From Halobacteriovoraceae bacterium (lineage in GTDB: Bacteria; Bdellovibrionota; Bacteriovoracia; Bacteriovoracales; Bacteriovoracaceae): a DNA stretch of 64,000 bases. The notes beneath the pieces were generated by a model. It ran no database searches, was not told the DNA's origin, and worked only from the letters and a program-made list of their open reading frames with translations. Made by a program: the position numbers and the translations under genes. Position 1 is the stretch's first letter. Every line of letters begins with the position of its first letter. Shown one piece after another: positions 9,312 to 18,415 of this stretch. The stretch is from assembly GCA_963719505.1 (NCBI GenBank), contig CAVRCF010000001.1, forward strand, positions 160,001-224,000, read 5' to 3'.

Positions 9312-10049
9312 TTAGAATTCCAAAACCATCGCGGTTTGGTTATCCATATTGCCCCTACTGTTTGATAGACTAAAAAGCTCAAGAATCTTTTTTTTGAGAT
9401 CTAATTTCGTTTTATTAATGATTGACCTGATTTCATCCTCTACCAATCTGGCATACACCCCGTCTGTCATCAAGATCACGACATCATCTTTAAATATTCT
9501 GAGCTCCTTGACCTGGTAGTAAAGATCTGGAAAGAGTCCAAATCCACTCAGGGGCATAGATTTTAAGTGAGCATCAAAATTGTCTCCTGATAGAAACTGA
9601 AAGCTATCTTCAACAAATACTTTGGACATTATTCCGTTTCGAATAACAAAGGCACAGCAATTCCCCACCGAAGCCATCGTCAAAACACTCTCACTGGCCG
9701 CGGCAAACATCCCAGACGCTCCAGCTCTTTGAGCAACCTCTTTTGAAGCATTATCTCTCATAAGAGCGTCATGAGAAAACATCATGGCATTTATCAAGGC
9801 ATTGCCTTCGATGAGATACTTTGGACTGTAGAAAAAAGGAAGAGTGCAGTCAGGATCAGTAGAGATTTGAGTGTAGAACTTTTTCATATTTTCTTTCAAC
9901 TTATTAACAGCTATATCACCACTGCCAACACCGCCAAAACCATCAAAGATCATGTAGAGATTATTTTCTAAATCAAAGTCGTAAGCATCTTCATTTATTT
10001 GTAGAAATGGTCCTTGATCAGATTGTGCATTAAAAGATTTAAGTCTCAT
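9312..10049 (-). CDS. PP2C/PPM-family Ser/Thr phosphatase-like protein (partly degenerate)
   Basis: NEDAY, FDGFGG, MTDGV and MDNQTA motifs; SVGNCC where VGDSR is typical. Confidence 0.8.
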   Translation of the reverse strand: MRLKSFNAQSDQGPFLQINEDAYDFDLENNLYMIFDGFGGVGSGDIAVNKLKENMKKFYTQISTDPDCTLPFFYSPKYLIEGNALINAMMFSHDALMRDNASKEVAQRAGASGMFAAASESVLTMASVGNCCAFVIRNGIMSKVFVEDSFQFLSGDNFDAHLKSMPLSGFGLFPDLYYQVKELRIFKDDVVILMTDGVYARLVEDEIRSIINKTKLDLKKKILELFSLSNSRGNMDNQTAMVLEF

Positions 10050-10051
10050 GT

Positions 10052-12247
10052 CTACTCCAAGTAATTCTGTAATTTTTGAGTTGCTTTATTATAGTAGTCG
10101 CTATTGACCGGAGAGATCTGCTGAACTTGCTCAAATTTCTCTTTCGCTTCATCAAATAAACTTAGAGATTCAGAAATAAGGGCCTCTCGGTAAAGCTTTC
10201 TCGATCTATTTGTTAATGTTTGTAAGATGGCATCTCTCTCATTCAAAGCTTCTTCATGTGAAGGATCTTGTTTCAAAATTTCGCCATAAGTTTCATAGGC
10301 CCTTTTTAAATCTTGGCCCTCTTTGAATGATCTTGCTTGTCCCAAAAGAGGATTAATTATCGAAGATAGCTTTCTTTGAGAAGTCTTTATCATATCGGTG
10401 GCTTCTTTGATGAGATCTTCGTCCATCCCTTGTAGCCTTGTGAATTTTTCTAATTTATCAATCGCCTTAAACCACTCTTCTTTTAAGTAAAGACCTTTTC
10501 CTGGAGCAAGAGCATCCACCATCGTCTGTCTCTTAGCTTTAATTCTTGCGGCTTCTAATTTCTTTTCTTCCTCAGCTGCTTTGAATGCGTTTAACTCTAA
10601 CCTCATTTGAGGCACGTCGATATTCTCCGGATCGAGTTCCATGATTTGTCCAAAAAGGCTTTCGGCAACCACGACTTCACGGTTTTTCGTCGCTTCTTTT
10701 GCCTTCACCACCAACTTTGAAACCTTTCTTTGTCGCTCTAATCTCTCTTTTTCTGCTTCTTCCTCTTTCTTTATTCGCAATAGCTCTTCATAGCCTTGCT
10801 TAACGAGCTTTAAAAGAGTTGATGTGTCTTTATAATCAGGATCGATGGCCTTAATAATTTCTAGGTATTCTTTAGCCTCATAATAAGCACCGGCTTCGTA
10901 TTTTGACAGGGCGAGGGCATAGTTTTGCTCTAACTTCTCAATTGTCTCAGGAGAAAGTTGTCTCTTTGGAGTTTCTGCAGCTTTATCCTTCGCCTGTTGC
11001 TTTGGATTCTTTACTGGAGCTTTCTTTTGGGGTGTCTTAGTGTCATCCATAAGGATGTAGCCCAAAATTAAGAGAACGAGTCCTATTATGGCTCTTATTC
11101 TTTTTTTAGGATCTTTCCAAATCCTTTTTATAAAACTTTTTTCCTCAGGCTCAGTCATTCCGAATTCGCCGCCGCTTTCAGCGTCCTCATCGAAATCGAC
11201 TTCCTCTTCTATCACTTCTTCGACTTCAATTTCTTGATCTGCCTCAACCGGCATTAAGATATCTCTTTCTGACTCAATGAGTTCTGAGCTTATGACAACA
11301 TCAAAACGTGTCTGACCAATTTGGAATGAATCACCGCTAATGAGATCCGAAGTGTTTATCCTCTCACCATCTTTAATCGTTCCATTAGAAGAATTAAGGT
11401 CTTCAATTTTACATGCGAGAATTGTTTTCTTTATAACAGCGTGAACGCTTGAAACCTCTGAATCATCAAGGACAATTTGACATTTTTCCGGGTCTCGTCC
11501 AATAAATGTTTCTGCGCCTTCAATTTTATATCGATCGAAAGGAACATTGGGGCCAGATAAAACTAGTGAGTAATTAGCGAACGACTGAAAAACCTGAGTG
11601 CTATCACCGGCGTCATCTCCAAAACCACCATCTTCTCCAAAGCCTGCTTCGTCTTCAAAACCCTCTTCACCAAAGGCATCATCACTGGCAAAAGACTCTT
11701 CTTCACCAAAGCTATCTTCCCTTCCAAAATTGTCTTCTGTTTTAAACTCATCAGAGTCTAGTGGAGCTTCCTCTTCTGAAAGATTTTCATTTTCGACTTC
11801 AAAGCCCTCTGTTTCAGGAGACTCTTCTATGATTTGTGTTTCCTCTTCCGGCTCAGCCAGGTCATCGAAAAGAACTGTTCCTTCCTCTTCTCCAGTTTCT
11901 GGCTCGGGGATATTATCCTCTGGGATTTGGTCAATTGTCTTGAGTTCAAGGTCTGATAAAGCGATGAGATAATTTCCAACAGAGATTTTGTCTCCACTTT
12001 TTAAGGGAGCCATCTCAATTTCTGTGCCATTTAAGGACAGACTTCCATAGCTTGATAGTTTCTTTAATTTATAATGATCACCATCGAGTTCAATTGTAGC
12101 GTGGTGCCTCGATATCTGTTGATCATCAAGTTCAACATGACAGTCATCACTTCTCCCAATAAACACTTTTGATCCCCCAAGAAAATCATCTTTAGGCACA
12201 TCAATTGTAAATTGGTTTTCTCCAAAAAGGAGGACGTCAATTTTCAT
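10052..12247 (-). CDS. Membrane protein with two FHA domains, acidic linker, one TM helix and TPR-like C-terminus
   Basis: IGRSDDC...ISRHHA and IGRDPEKC...VSSVHA...DLNSSNGT; TM AIIGLVLLILGYIL; helical TPR-like repeats. Confidence 0.85.
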   Translation of the reverse strand: MKIDVLLFGENQFTIDVPKDDFLGGSKVFIGRSDDCHVELDDQQISRHHATIELDGDHYKLKKLSSYGSLSLNGTEIEMAPLKSGDKISVGNYLIALSDLELKTIDQIPEDNIPEPETGEEEGTVLFDDLAEPEEETQIIEESPETEGFEVENENLSEEEAPLDSDEFKTEDNFGREDSFGEEESFASDDAFGEEGFEDEAGFGEDGGFGDDAGDSTQVFQSFANYSLVLSGPNVPFDRYKIEGAETFIGRDPEKCQIVLDDSEVSSVHAVIKKTILACKIEDLNSSNGTIKDGERINTSDLISGDSFQIGQTRFDVVISSELIESERDILMPVEADQEIEVEEVIEEEVDFDEDAESGGEFGMTEPEEKSFIKRIWKDPKKRIRAIIGLVLLILGYILMDDTKTPQKKAPVKNPKQQAKDKAAETPKRQLSPETIEKLEQNYALALSKYEAGAYYEAKEYLEIIKAIDPDYKDTSTLLKLVKQGYEELLRIKKEEEAEKERLERQRKVSKLVVKAKEATKNREVVVAESLFGQIMELDPENIDVPQMRLELNAFKAAEEEKKLEAARIKAKRQTMVDALAPGKGLYLKEEWFKAIDKLEKFTRLQGMDEDLIKEATDMIKTSQRKLSSIINPLLGQARSFKEGQDLKRAYETYGEILKQDPSHEEALNERDAILQTLTNRSRKLYREALISESLSLFDEAKEKFEQVQQISPVNSDYYNKATQKLQNYLE
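11615..11737 (-). repeat. Degenerate ~6-aa acidic tandem repeat (EDxFG-like) in the FHA protein linker
   Basis: EDNFGR EDSFGE EESFAS DDAFGE EGFED EAGFGE DGGFGD. Confidence 0.6.
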
Positions 12248-12249
12248 CG

Positions 12250-13215
12250 TTAATTAATCTCTTGTTGGCATTCAACTTCGCCAGGCTCTAGTCCTAGTTT
12301 CTCTTCCATTTTAGTAATATTTTCTTTTGCGTTTACATATCTTTCATCTTCGGGGTAGCGATATAGAAGCCTTATCACAGAACAATAAGATACAATGGCA
12401 CTTTGCAGTTTAAAGGCATCCTCATCTCTTTTTGCTTTTAGGATTAAGTCTTTAACCGTTTTATCTAAAGCCTCTTTTGTTTTTCTCAAATAGAAAAGAG
12501 CTTGTGGATCACTAGGACTCCATGAAAGGGCATGTTCAAACTCACTCATGGCCCTAAAGTAATTGTTTTCCCTAAATTCTCTTAAACCTTTTTGAAAATA
12601 AATATTCATCTTATCTTGAACTTTTTTATCTTTTTGTTGTTTACCTTTTAAGGATTCTGCAATCGACCCCGAGATTTCTTTTATATCGTATCTATTTTTC
12701 TTTCGCGCATTAGGATCTTTCGCATCTTCTCCACTCATGACGGCGATTCCTAAAGCGGCGATAATCACGACAATCAATAAAGGTGTAAGTTTACTTTTCT
12801 TGACCTCATCTTCATCATCGTATTCATCTTCATCTATAGGTGCTTCGACTTCTTTAAGCTTTGATTTGACTTCCACACGGTTAAATTTATAAACCGTTTG
12901 TCCAATAATTATTCTATCACCCTCGCTCAGAACATGTTGTTTAACCTTTAGGTCATTTACCACCACACCATTTTGAGACCCCAGATCAGTGAGGATGTAG
13001 TCCTTACCGACTTTAGCGATTTCACAATGTTCCCGGGATGACTTGATATCCAAGACACGAATATCAGCTTTATCAGAGCGCCCTAAGACAACCCTTTTTC
13101 CCATGATAAAATAGGCACTACCTTTGGTCTTCCCTGTTAAGCAAACAAGGCGATGGTATTCCCCTGCGTCTTTTGGCGCTTCGAAATGTTTAAATACTTT
13201 TACAGCACTACTCAT
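12250..13215 (-). CDS. FHA domain + TM + TPR protein
   Basis: LGRSDKAD...SSREHC...DLGSQNG; TM LLIVVIIAALGIAVM; TPR-like YFQKGLREFRENNYFRAMSEFEHAL. Confidence 0.85.
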   Translation of the reverse strand: MSSAVKVFKHFEAPKDAGEYHRLVCLTGKTKGSAYFIMGKRVVLGRSDKADIRVLDIKSSREHCEIAKVGKDYILTDLGSQNGVVVNDLKVKQHVLSEGDRIIIGQTVYKFNRVEVKSKLKEVEAPIDEDEYDDEDEVKKSKLTPLLIVVIIAALGIAVMSGEDAKDPNARKKNRYDIKEISGSIAESLKGKQQKDKKVQDKMNIYFQKGLREFRENNYFRAMSEFEHALSWSPSDPQALFYLRKTKEALDKTVKDLILKAKRDEDAFKLQSAIVSYCSVIRLLYRYPEDERYVNAKENITKMEEKLGLEPGEVECQQEIN

Positions 13216-13217
13216 TC

Positions 13218-14780
13218 TTATTCATCCAATACAAAAGTGATATAGAAAGCCTTAGCGAAGTTATCTTTCCCCATTAAAGCCGTAACATTTATCATATAAT
13301 TCTTTCCAGTAAGTTCATAAATTTCACTTTGATTTGACCCTTCGTTATTCGCTGACTGATCACATAAGTCTATGACAGTGGCTGCAAAACCTTGGTCTCT
13401 AGCGGTATCAAGCAGGGAACTTCCCTGAGCGATACTTTCTCTTAATCCCGTTAGGTCTTCACCTTCAGGATTTATATGCTCAATGAGCTTTTCTGAATTA
13501 AGAATCACAACTGGGCCTTGGGCTCCTGCCATAAATTCATAAAGTGTTCTAAGATAAGCCGAGTCCTCTTCAATTTCTGCAAACTCTCCACTATCGTCAT
13601 TTTGAAGTTCCCTTATACGGGATAAGACTGAATTGATTGTATTCCTCAATGGGTTGATTTCAGCAAAGAGACTTTTACTTTCAAGTTCTTTTCTTTTCCC
13701 TCTTAGGACTTCTTCAATTTGAATGCGAAATTCTTCTAAGGGTTTTGTTGTTAAGTAGTACAGCATTCCAAAAAAGATAACGGCAATAAGACAGGTAATT
13801 ATCAGCGACTCTATATAAGCAGTGGAATTATTCGATGCCGAACTTGCTAAAGAACTTGGTTCAAAGCGAATGGCAATATATCCAACGGGTTCCTGTTGGC
13901 CTGTTTGGACGTTGTGAGAGGTAATAGCTCGGGCGATTCCCAGTTCATTACCACCTAAACGTTTTTTAAAGGAACGCCTTATATTTTCATAGTTTTTAAA
14001 ATAGTCCTTGGCCTCAATAGAAAAAGAGTCATTAATATAGGAATTGAGTTTATCAAGTGGTCTTACAATTCTTCCTTCTAAATCAAAAAGCTCATAAGAA
14101 GTTACTCCTTCTGCATCACCATCGAGAAAGCTGGTATTAATTTGATCGAGATTTCCTCTTTTCAAAGCGACAGCATTAAAGCGTGAAACTTCCTTTGCGT
14201 ACTGACTTCCTCTATTGGCAACTTCTTTAACAAGGATATTATTACTTGTTATTAAAACAGGGCCAATTGTAAATCCAATACTCGTACAAATAAAAATAAA
14301 GAGCAGGATCCCTATCATTACATTCCATTCATATTGTTCATTAAAACTATAAAGAACGGACATGACTTTATGCTTAAATATAAATTTCATTTTTCCAATG
14401 AAGTCTTTTGGCATCGCCTCTGTCGAGCTATACGATCCCTCATCCTCTTCAGAAACTTTGGCGACCTTCTTTTTAACAACAACTTTCTTTTCTTTAACGT
14501 AGACAACTTGAAAGATCACGTTTGGAAGTGCAACCTTATCGCCATTTTGTATGGTCGCTTTTTTAATAAGCTTACCGTTAACAAAGGTTCCATTACTTGA
14601 ACCGAGGTCTTCAACGAAACAAGTTGTTTGGTTGACAGTAATCTGCATATGTTGTTTGGAGACACCATTGACAGCAAGGTTATGCGTGCAATCGTGGCCT
14701 CGTCCTAGAGTGTTTTCACCCTCTTCCAGAACAAACTCTTTTCCTCTTAACTTTCCACCAACAGCTACAAGTTTAAACAC
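13218..14780 (-). CDS. FHA domain + two-TM periplasmic sensor-like domain + HAMP/PAS-like C-terminus
   Basis: LGRGHDC...VSKQH...DLGSSNGTFVNG; two TMs; YLTTKPLEEF...EINPL (HAMP-like); GPVVILNSEKLIEHINPEGEDLTG (PAS-like). Confidence 0.75.
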   Translation of the reverse strand: MFKLVAVGGKLRGKEFVLEEGENTLGRGHDCTHNLAVNGVSKQHMQITVNQTTCFVEDLGSSNGTFVNGKLIKKATIQNGDKVALPNVIFQVVYVKEKKVVVKKKVAKVSEEDEGSYSSTEAMPKDFIGKMKFIFKHKVMSVLYSFNEQYEWNVMIGILLFIFICTSIGFTIGPVLITSNNILVKEVANRGSQYAKEVSRFNAVALKRGNLDQINTSFLDGDAEGVTSYELFDLEGRIVRPLDKLNSYINDSFSIEAKDYFKNYENIRRSFKKRLGGNELGIARAITSHNVQTGQQEPVGYIAIRFEPSSLASSASNNSTAYIESLIITCLIAVIFFGMLYYLTTKPLEEFRIQIEEVLRGKRKELESKSLFAEINPLRNTINSVLSRIRELQNDDSGEFAEIEEDSAYLRTLYEFMAGAQGPVVILNSEKLIEHINPEGEDLTGLRESIAQGSSLLDTARDQGFAATVIDLCDQSANNEGSNQSEIYELTGKNYMINVTALMGKDNFAKAFYITFVLDE

Positions 14781-15114
14781 CTGTCACCTCCAGTAGATCT
14801 CCTTCCGTTATAGTCAGTGGAACCTTTCCACTTGGAAGTTCAATAACTTTTCTCGCCTTAAAGTAAATAAGACTAAAACGCCAAGGTTTAAAATTTCTCA
14901 ATATTTTAACAATTTTAAAATCATTATCCACAAAGACAGCATCGATAGGAAAGAAAACGAAACAATTATGAATTGAAGTACACGGCTCTATTATTAATCC
15001 ATCTCCAACAATTTCTTTTCTAAACATCAACCCTCGCAGTCTATCAATAAATGATGTTGCAACCTTTATATCTTTACCAAGAACTGTCTTTGTTTTTTTA
15101 TGAGTGACTATCAT
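14773..15114 (-). CDS. DUF192 domain protein
   Basis: VATSFIDRLRGLMFR, SIHNCFVFFPIDAVFVD, VIELPSG. Confidence 0.85.
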   Translation of the reverse strand: MIVTHKKTKTVLGKDIKVATSFIDRLRGLMFRKEIVGDGLIIEPCTSIHNCFVFFPIDAVFVDNDFKIVKILRNFKPWRFSLIYFKARKVIELPSGKVPLTITEGDLLEVTGV

Positions 15115-16547
15115 CAGTTACCTGCCACAAATTGAAGAACGATAGGAGCGGCTATAATAATAAAAACCGCAGGCATAATAAACATAAGCATTGGGAAAAG
15201 GATTTTAGTTGCTGCTGTCGCACCAGCTTTCTCAGCTTCCGATGATCTTTTTTGTCTCAACTCCCCTGCTAAGGTTTTTAAAATGGGTCCAATTGATGCA
15301 CCAACAGAATCCGCGGCAATGAGGGTTGCACAGAAAGAGGAAATGGGAAGACAGTCTGCTCGCCATGAAAGTTGTCTTAAACCTTCAGCTCTACTGGCCC
15401 CAATTTTTGTCTCTTTTATCATGATTTCGAACTCATCCACCAATGGTGAAGGAGGAGCTTTTTCAATAACTTTTTGTATCGCGGCCATAAAATCGAGTCC
15501 AGCTTCGACTGAAAGAGCCAGCATATCGACAATAAAAGGCATATTTTTTATCATCTCTTTTTTTCTGACATCAATCTTTCCCTTAACCCATATGTCTGGA
15601 TAAACAAAACCCAATACAGAGACGATAGGGATCGCCATCATCGGCCAGTCAGCCTCAATAAATTCTCTCACGGCTATAAACAATATCGGAGCACCTATAA
15701 TAAGGAAAAGTTTAAAAGCTAAGAAGTCTTCAGGTGTAAGCTCTTTAGTTAAACCAGCAGAAGCCAGAGGTCGCCTGTATTTTTCTCGCAGCTTCTTCTT
15801 ATTTTTCATCCCTAAAACAACGGGACTAAAGTATCGTTTGAAAAATGGTCGCGAATATTTTAGAACGATGTCATTGACCACCTTCTTGGCCTCATCAGCA
15901 CTCTCTGCATCTTCTAAGCTCTCTTGTGCTTTAAATCGCCCTTCTTCTTTAAAAATTGAACTGGCCACCAAAAAGACGGCCAGACCGACTAGAAAAAATG
16001 CTGTGTATAGGATCGTGTCGTTACCTTCAAATAAACTCTCTTCAACTGTCTTTTTATAGAAGGTAACTTTCGCCTCATCTGTCGCAAGAACACACTTTTT
16101 ACTATCCATCGACAAGATAAAATCATTGGCACTAACTTGGTCAAATCCCGCTCTATCAGTACTCCATGAATCGTATTCTCTTTTGATTGTGAAAGTCGCC
16201 GTAGGATTATAGATTGTGTCGCCTATATACGTCGTTGCCTGCAAGAAGACACTACATTCTGTTTGAGATGTGTAGGCGCTTTTAACAGTAAACTTTCCTA
16301 AGTGACCTGTTTGCGTTTGATAGAAGTATGTTTTGTCCCTTAGTTCTTCAAGCTTTTCTGGATCGATCAAAAGAATTTTTGTCTTCTTCATATCCGGAAG
16401 TCTTTCAGCGATACAATCTTTTCCAATTCGATCGTAAGTATCTGCACACCGAGCATAAGCACTATGAATGGGCATCATACTCATAAGAAAAATGAAAATA
16501 AAAAAACGGAAGCTGTTTTTTTCTTTCAATGGAGATCCTTCACGCAA
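15114..16547 (-). CDS. tadC: TadC-like pilus platform protein (T2SS-F family) with an extra N-terminal exported domain
   Basis: C-terminal MPFIVDMLALSVEAGLDF...GASIGPILKTLAGELRQKRSSEAEKAG...KILFPML is the TadC signature. The start may be the TTG at about 16529. Confidence 0.8.
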   Translation of the reverse strand: MREGSPLKEKNSFRFFIFIFLMSMMPIHSAYARCADTYDRIGKDCIAERLPDMKKTKILLIDPEKLEELRDKTYFYQTQTGHLGKFTVKSAYTSQTECSVFLQATTYIGDTIYNPTATFTIKREYDSWSTDRAGFDQVSANDFILSMDSKKCVLATDEAKVTFYKKTVEESLFEGNDTILYTAFFLVGLAVFLVASSIFKEEGRFKAQESLEDAESADEAKKVVNDIVLKYSRPFFKRYFSPVVLGMKNKKKLREKYRRPLASAGLTKELTPEDFLAFKLFLIIGAPILFIAVREFIEADWPMMAIPIVSVLGFVYPDIWVKGKIDVRKKEMIKNMPFIVDMLALSVEAGLDFMAAIQKVIEKAPPSPLVDEFEIMIKETKIGASRAEGLRQLSWRADCLPISSFCATLIAADSVGASIGPILKTLAGELRQKRSSEAEKAGATAATKILFPMLMFIMPAVFIIIAAPIVLQFVAGN

Positions 16548-16611
16548 TATTTCATTTTAATATAATATCAAATATTTGCGCGGGATTCCTAAATGACTGA
16601 AATGAGGAAAA

Positions 16612-17679
16612 TTATTCTTCTAGACCTAATTGCTCAGTTACTTCTGCATCTCTTTTTGCTGGAATGAGTTTTTCAAGTGATGGAATATAAATGGGTTGAT
16701 ACCCTGTAAAGTTAGTTTTCTTACAACTTAGTACTCTTCTAATTTTCAGATCAAGATTATCTTTTTTCAACGCTTGTTTTTTAACTGCCTCTTTAACAGC
16801 TTCAAAGGCCTGCATTGTTTTCTCCATTGAACGGTACAAAACAACATCTGCTCCGGCTTTTAGAGCTTGCACGGCTTCACCACCGTTTTCATACCTCTCA
16901 GAGACTGCCTTCATCTCCATATCATCCGTTACAATTATCTTCTTAAATTTTAAGTGGTCTCTCAAAAAATCATAAGCCTTTGGACTCAGTGAGGTTGGAA
17001 GATCCTTATCAATTCCATCAACTACCAGATGGGCCATCATCATAAACTCAACGCGAGACTTAGATGCCTTAACAAAAGGGACAAGCTCATTTTCAATAAG
17101 TTCTTCCTTGGTCTTAATCACATAAGGGAGGTCAAAGTGAGAATCTTTTAGTGTATCTCCATGACCAGGAAAATGCTTGGCACAAGCTAGAACCTTACCC
17201 GTATGAAGTCCACGTATTGCGGCACTAACGTGTTTTTCAACTATCTCTTTCGTTTTACCAAAAGATCGATCTCCGATCACATTATTTTTAGGATTGGTCC
17301 AAATATCACAGCAAGGTGAATAGTTAACATTAACACCACAGGCATTTAACTCTTCGGCTAAAATTCGATGGGCCTCAAAAGTTAATTTTGGTGAGTCATG
17401 CTTTGCAATATCAAACATGGAAGGCAGTTGCGTAAAGTGTTTTTTAAACCTCTTAACTCTTCCACCCTCTTGATCAACAGAAATGAAAAGTGGATATTCA
17501 TCTCGTAGTGTCTGGATCTCATTGACGAGTTCAGCGAGCTGTCCTGGATTTTCATAATTATGAGCAAATAAAATGACTCCACCAATATTATTATCACCAA
17601 TAAAAGTTTTCTCATCTTCTGTCAGCGATAAACCTGAAATTCCCGTAATAAAAAGTTGACCTAATTCATTAATATTCAA
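16612..17679 (-). CDS. nagZ: Beta-N-acetylhexosaminidase (GH3)
   Basis: GGVILF, VDQEGGRVKR, KHFPGHG-DT-DSH, TDDMEM. Confidence 0.92.
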   Translation of the reverse strand: MNINELGQLFITGISGLSLTEDEKTFIGDNNIGGVILFAHNYENPGQLAELVNEIQTLRDEYPLFISVDQEGGRVKRFKKHFTQLPSMFDIAKHDSPKLTFEAHRILAEELNACGVNVNYSPCCDIWTNPKNNVIGDRSFGKTKEIVEKHVSAAIRGLHTGKVLACAKHFPGHGDTLKDSHFDLPYVIKTKEELIENELVPFVKASKSRVEFMMMAHLVVDGIDKDLPTSLSPKAYDFLRDHLKFKKIIVTDDMEMKAVSERYENGGEAVQALKAGADVVLYRSMEKTMQAFEAVKEAVKKQALKKDNLDLKIRRVLSCKKTNFTGYQPIYIPSLEKLIPAKRDAEVTEQLGLEE

Positions 17680-17680
17680 T

Positions 17681-18415
17681 TTAACCTCTATTTTTTGTCA
17701 TTGAGATACCTTGAGAAATCCAAAAAAGTTTCTCAAACTCATTATCTTCAGTTAAGTGATAAATAAGTGTTTGATCTCCTATTCTAACATTATACTTTAA
17801 ATTCCCTTCAAAATATCCATCGAAGTATACCACAGCTCTAGAGAAGACCTCTGAGGGAACATTTTGATACTGTTCAGTATAAAACGGATAACTCTCCCAA
17901 ACGACCGTAAAATTAACCATTCGCTTTTTATTGGGATCGAGTAAGCCAGCTCTTCTTAAACACTCAGGTATCTGAGAAAACCAGCAAAAAATCTTTCCCG
18001 ATTCAACCGATATCTTTTCAGTCTTGTTCCAGCGAGGCTCAGGACTTCTTAATATAAGATCAATCCTCTTCTCTTTTTTATTTAATTTAAATTGAGAAAA
18101 ATATTTTTTCTTTTCAAACCAAATTGAAAACTGAGAAACATAAGGTCGTATACTGAGCTGTTTTCCTTTTTGAGTTTTTAGAGCACCAACTTGAGAAATT
18201 GTAATGGACTTCTCAAGTGGCTTTCCTTGATTCGATCCACTAAGAAGCTGTTGCCTTAATTGAATTTTGGACCTTGTTTCAACAAGATCCCTCTTTAAAA
18301 GATAAGTCCCCGATGGATCCTTATAAGTGTAATAGTAAGTTCCTGAAAAGTTAGATTTTCTCTGGATTCTATTACAACTGCTAAACAGGAGTAAAAAGAG
18401 AAGAGTAAATTTCAT
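17681..18415 (-). CDS. Hypothetical lipoprotein
   Basis: Lipobox LFSSC; overlaps the upstream gene by 4 nt. Confidence 0.7.
   Translation of the reverse strand: MKFTLLFLLLFSSCNRIQRKSNFSGTYYYTYKDPSGTYLLKRDLVETRSKIQLRQQLLSGSNQGKPLEKSITISQVGALKTQKGKQLSIRPYVSQFSIWFEKKKYFSQFKLNKKEKRIDLILRSPEPRWNKTEKISVESGKIFCWFSQIPECLRRAGLLDPNKKRMVNFTVVWESYPFYTEQYQNVPSEVFSRAVVYFDGYFEGNLKYNVRIGDQTLIYHLTEDNEFEKLFWISQGISMTKNRG

Noticed and set aside
11615-11737. CRISPR-like or DNA-level tandem repeat
   Set aside because: The repeat is degenerate, in frame and protein-level; there are no identical repeats with spacers and no cas genes.
16526-16555. Nine-codon upstream ORF (MKYCVKDLH) overlapping a possible tadC TTG start
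   Set aside because: Too short to distinguish from chance without conservation or ribosome-profiling data.
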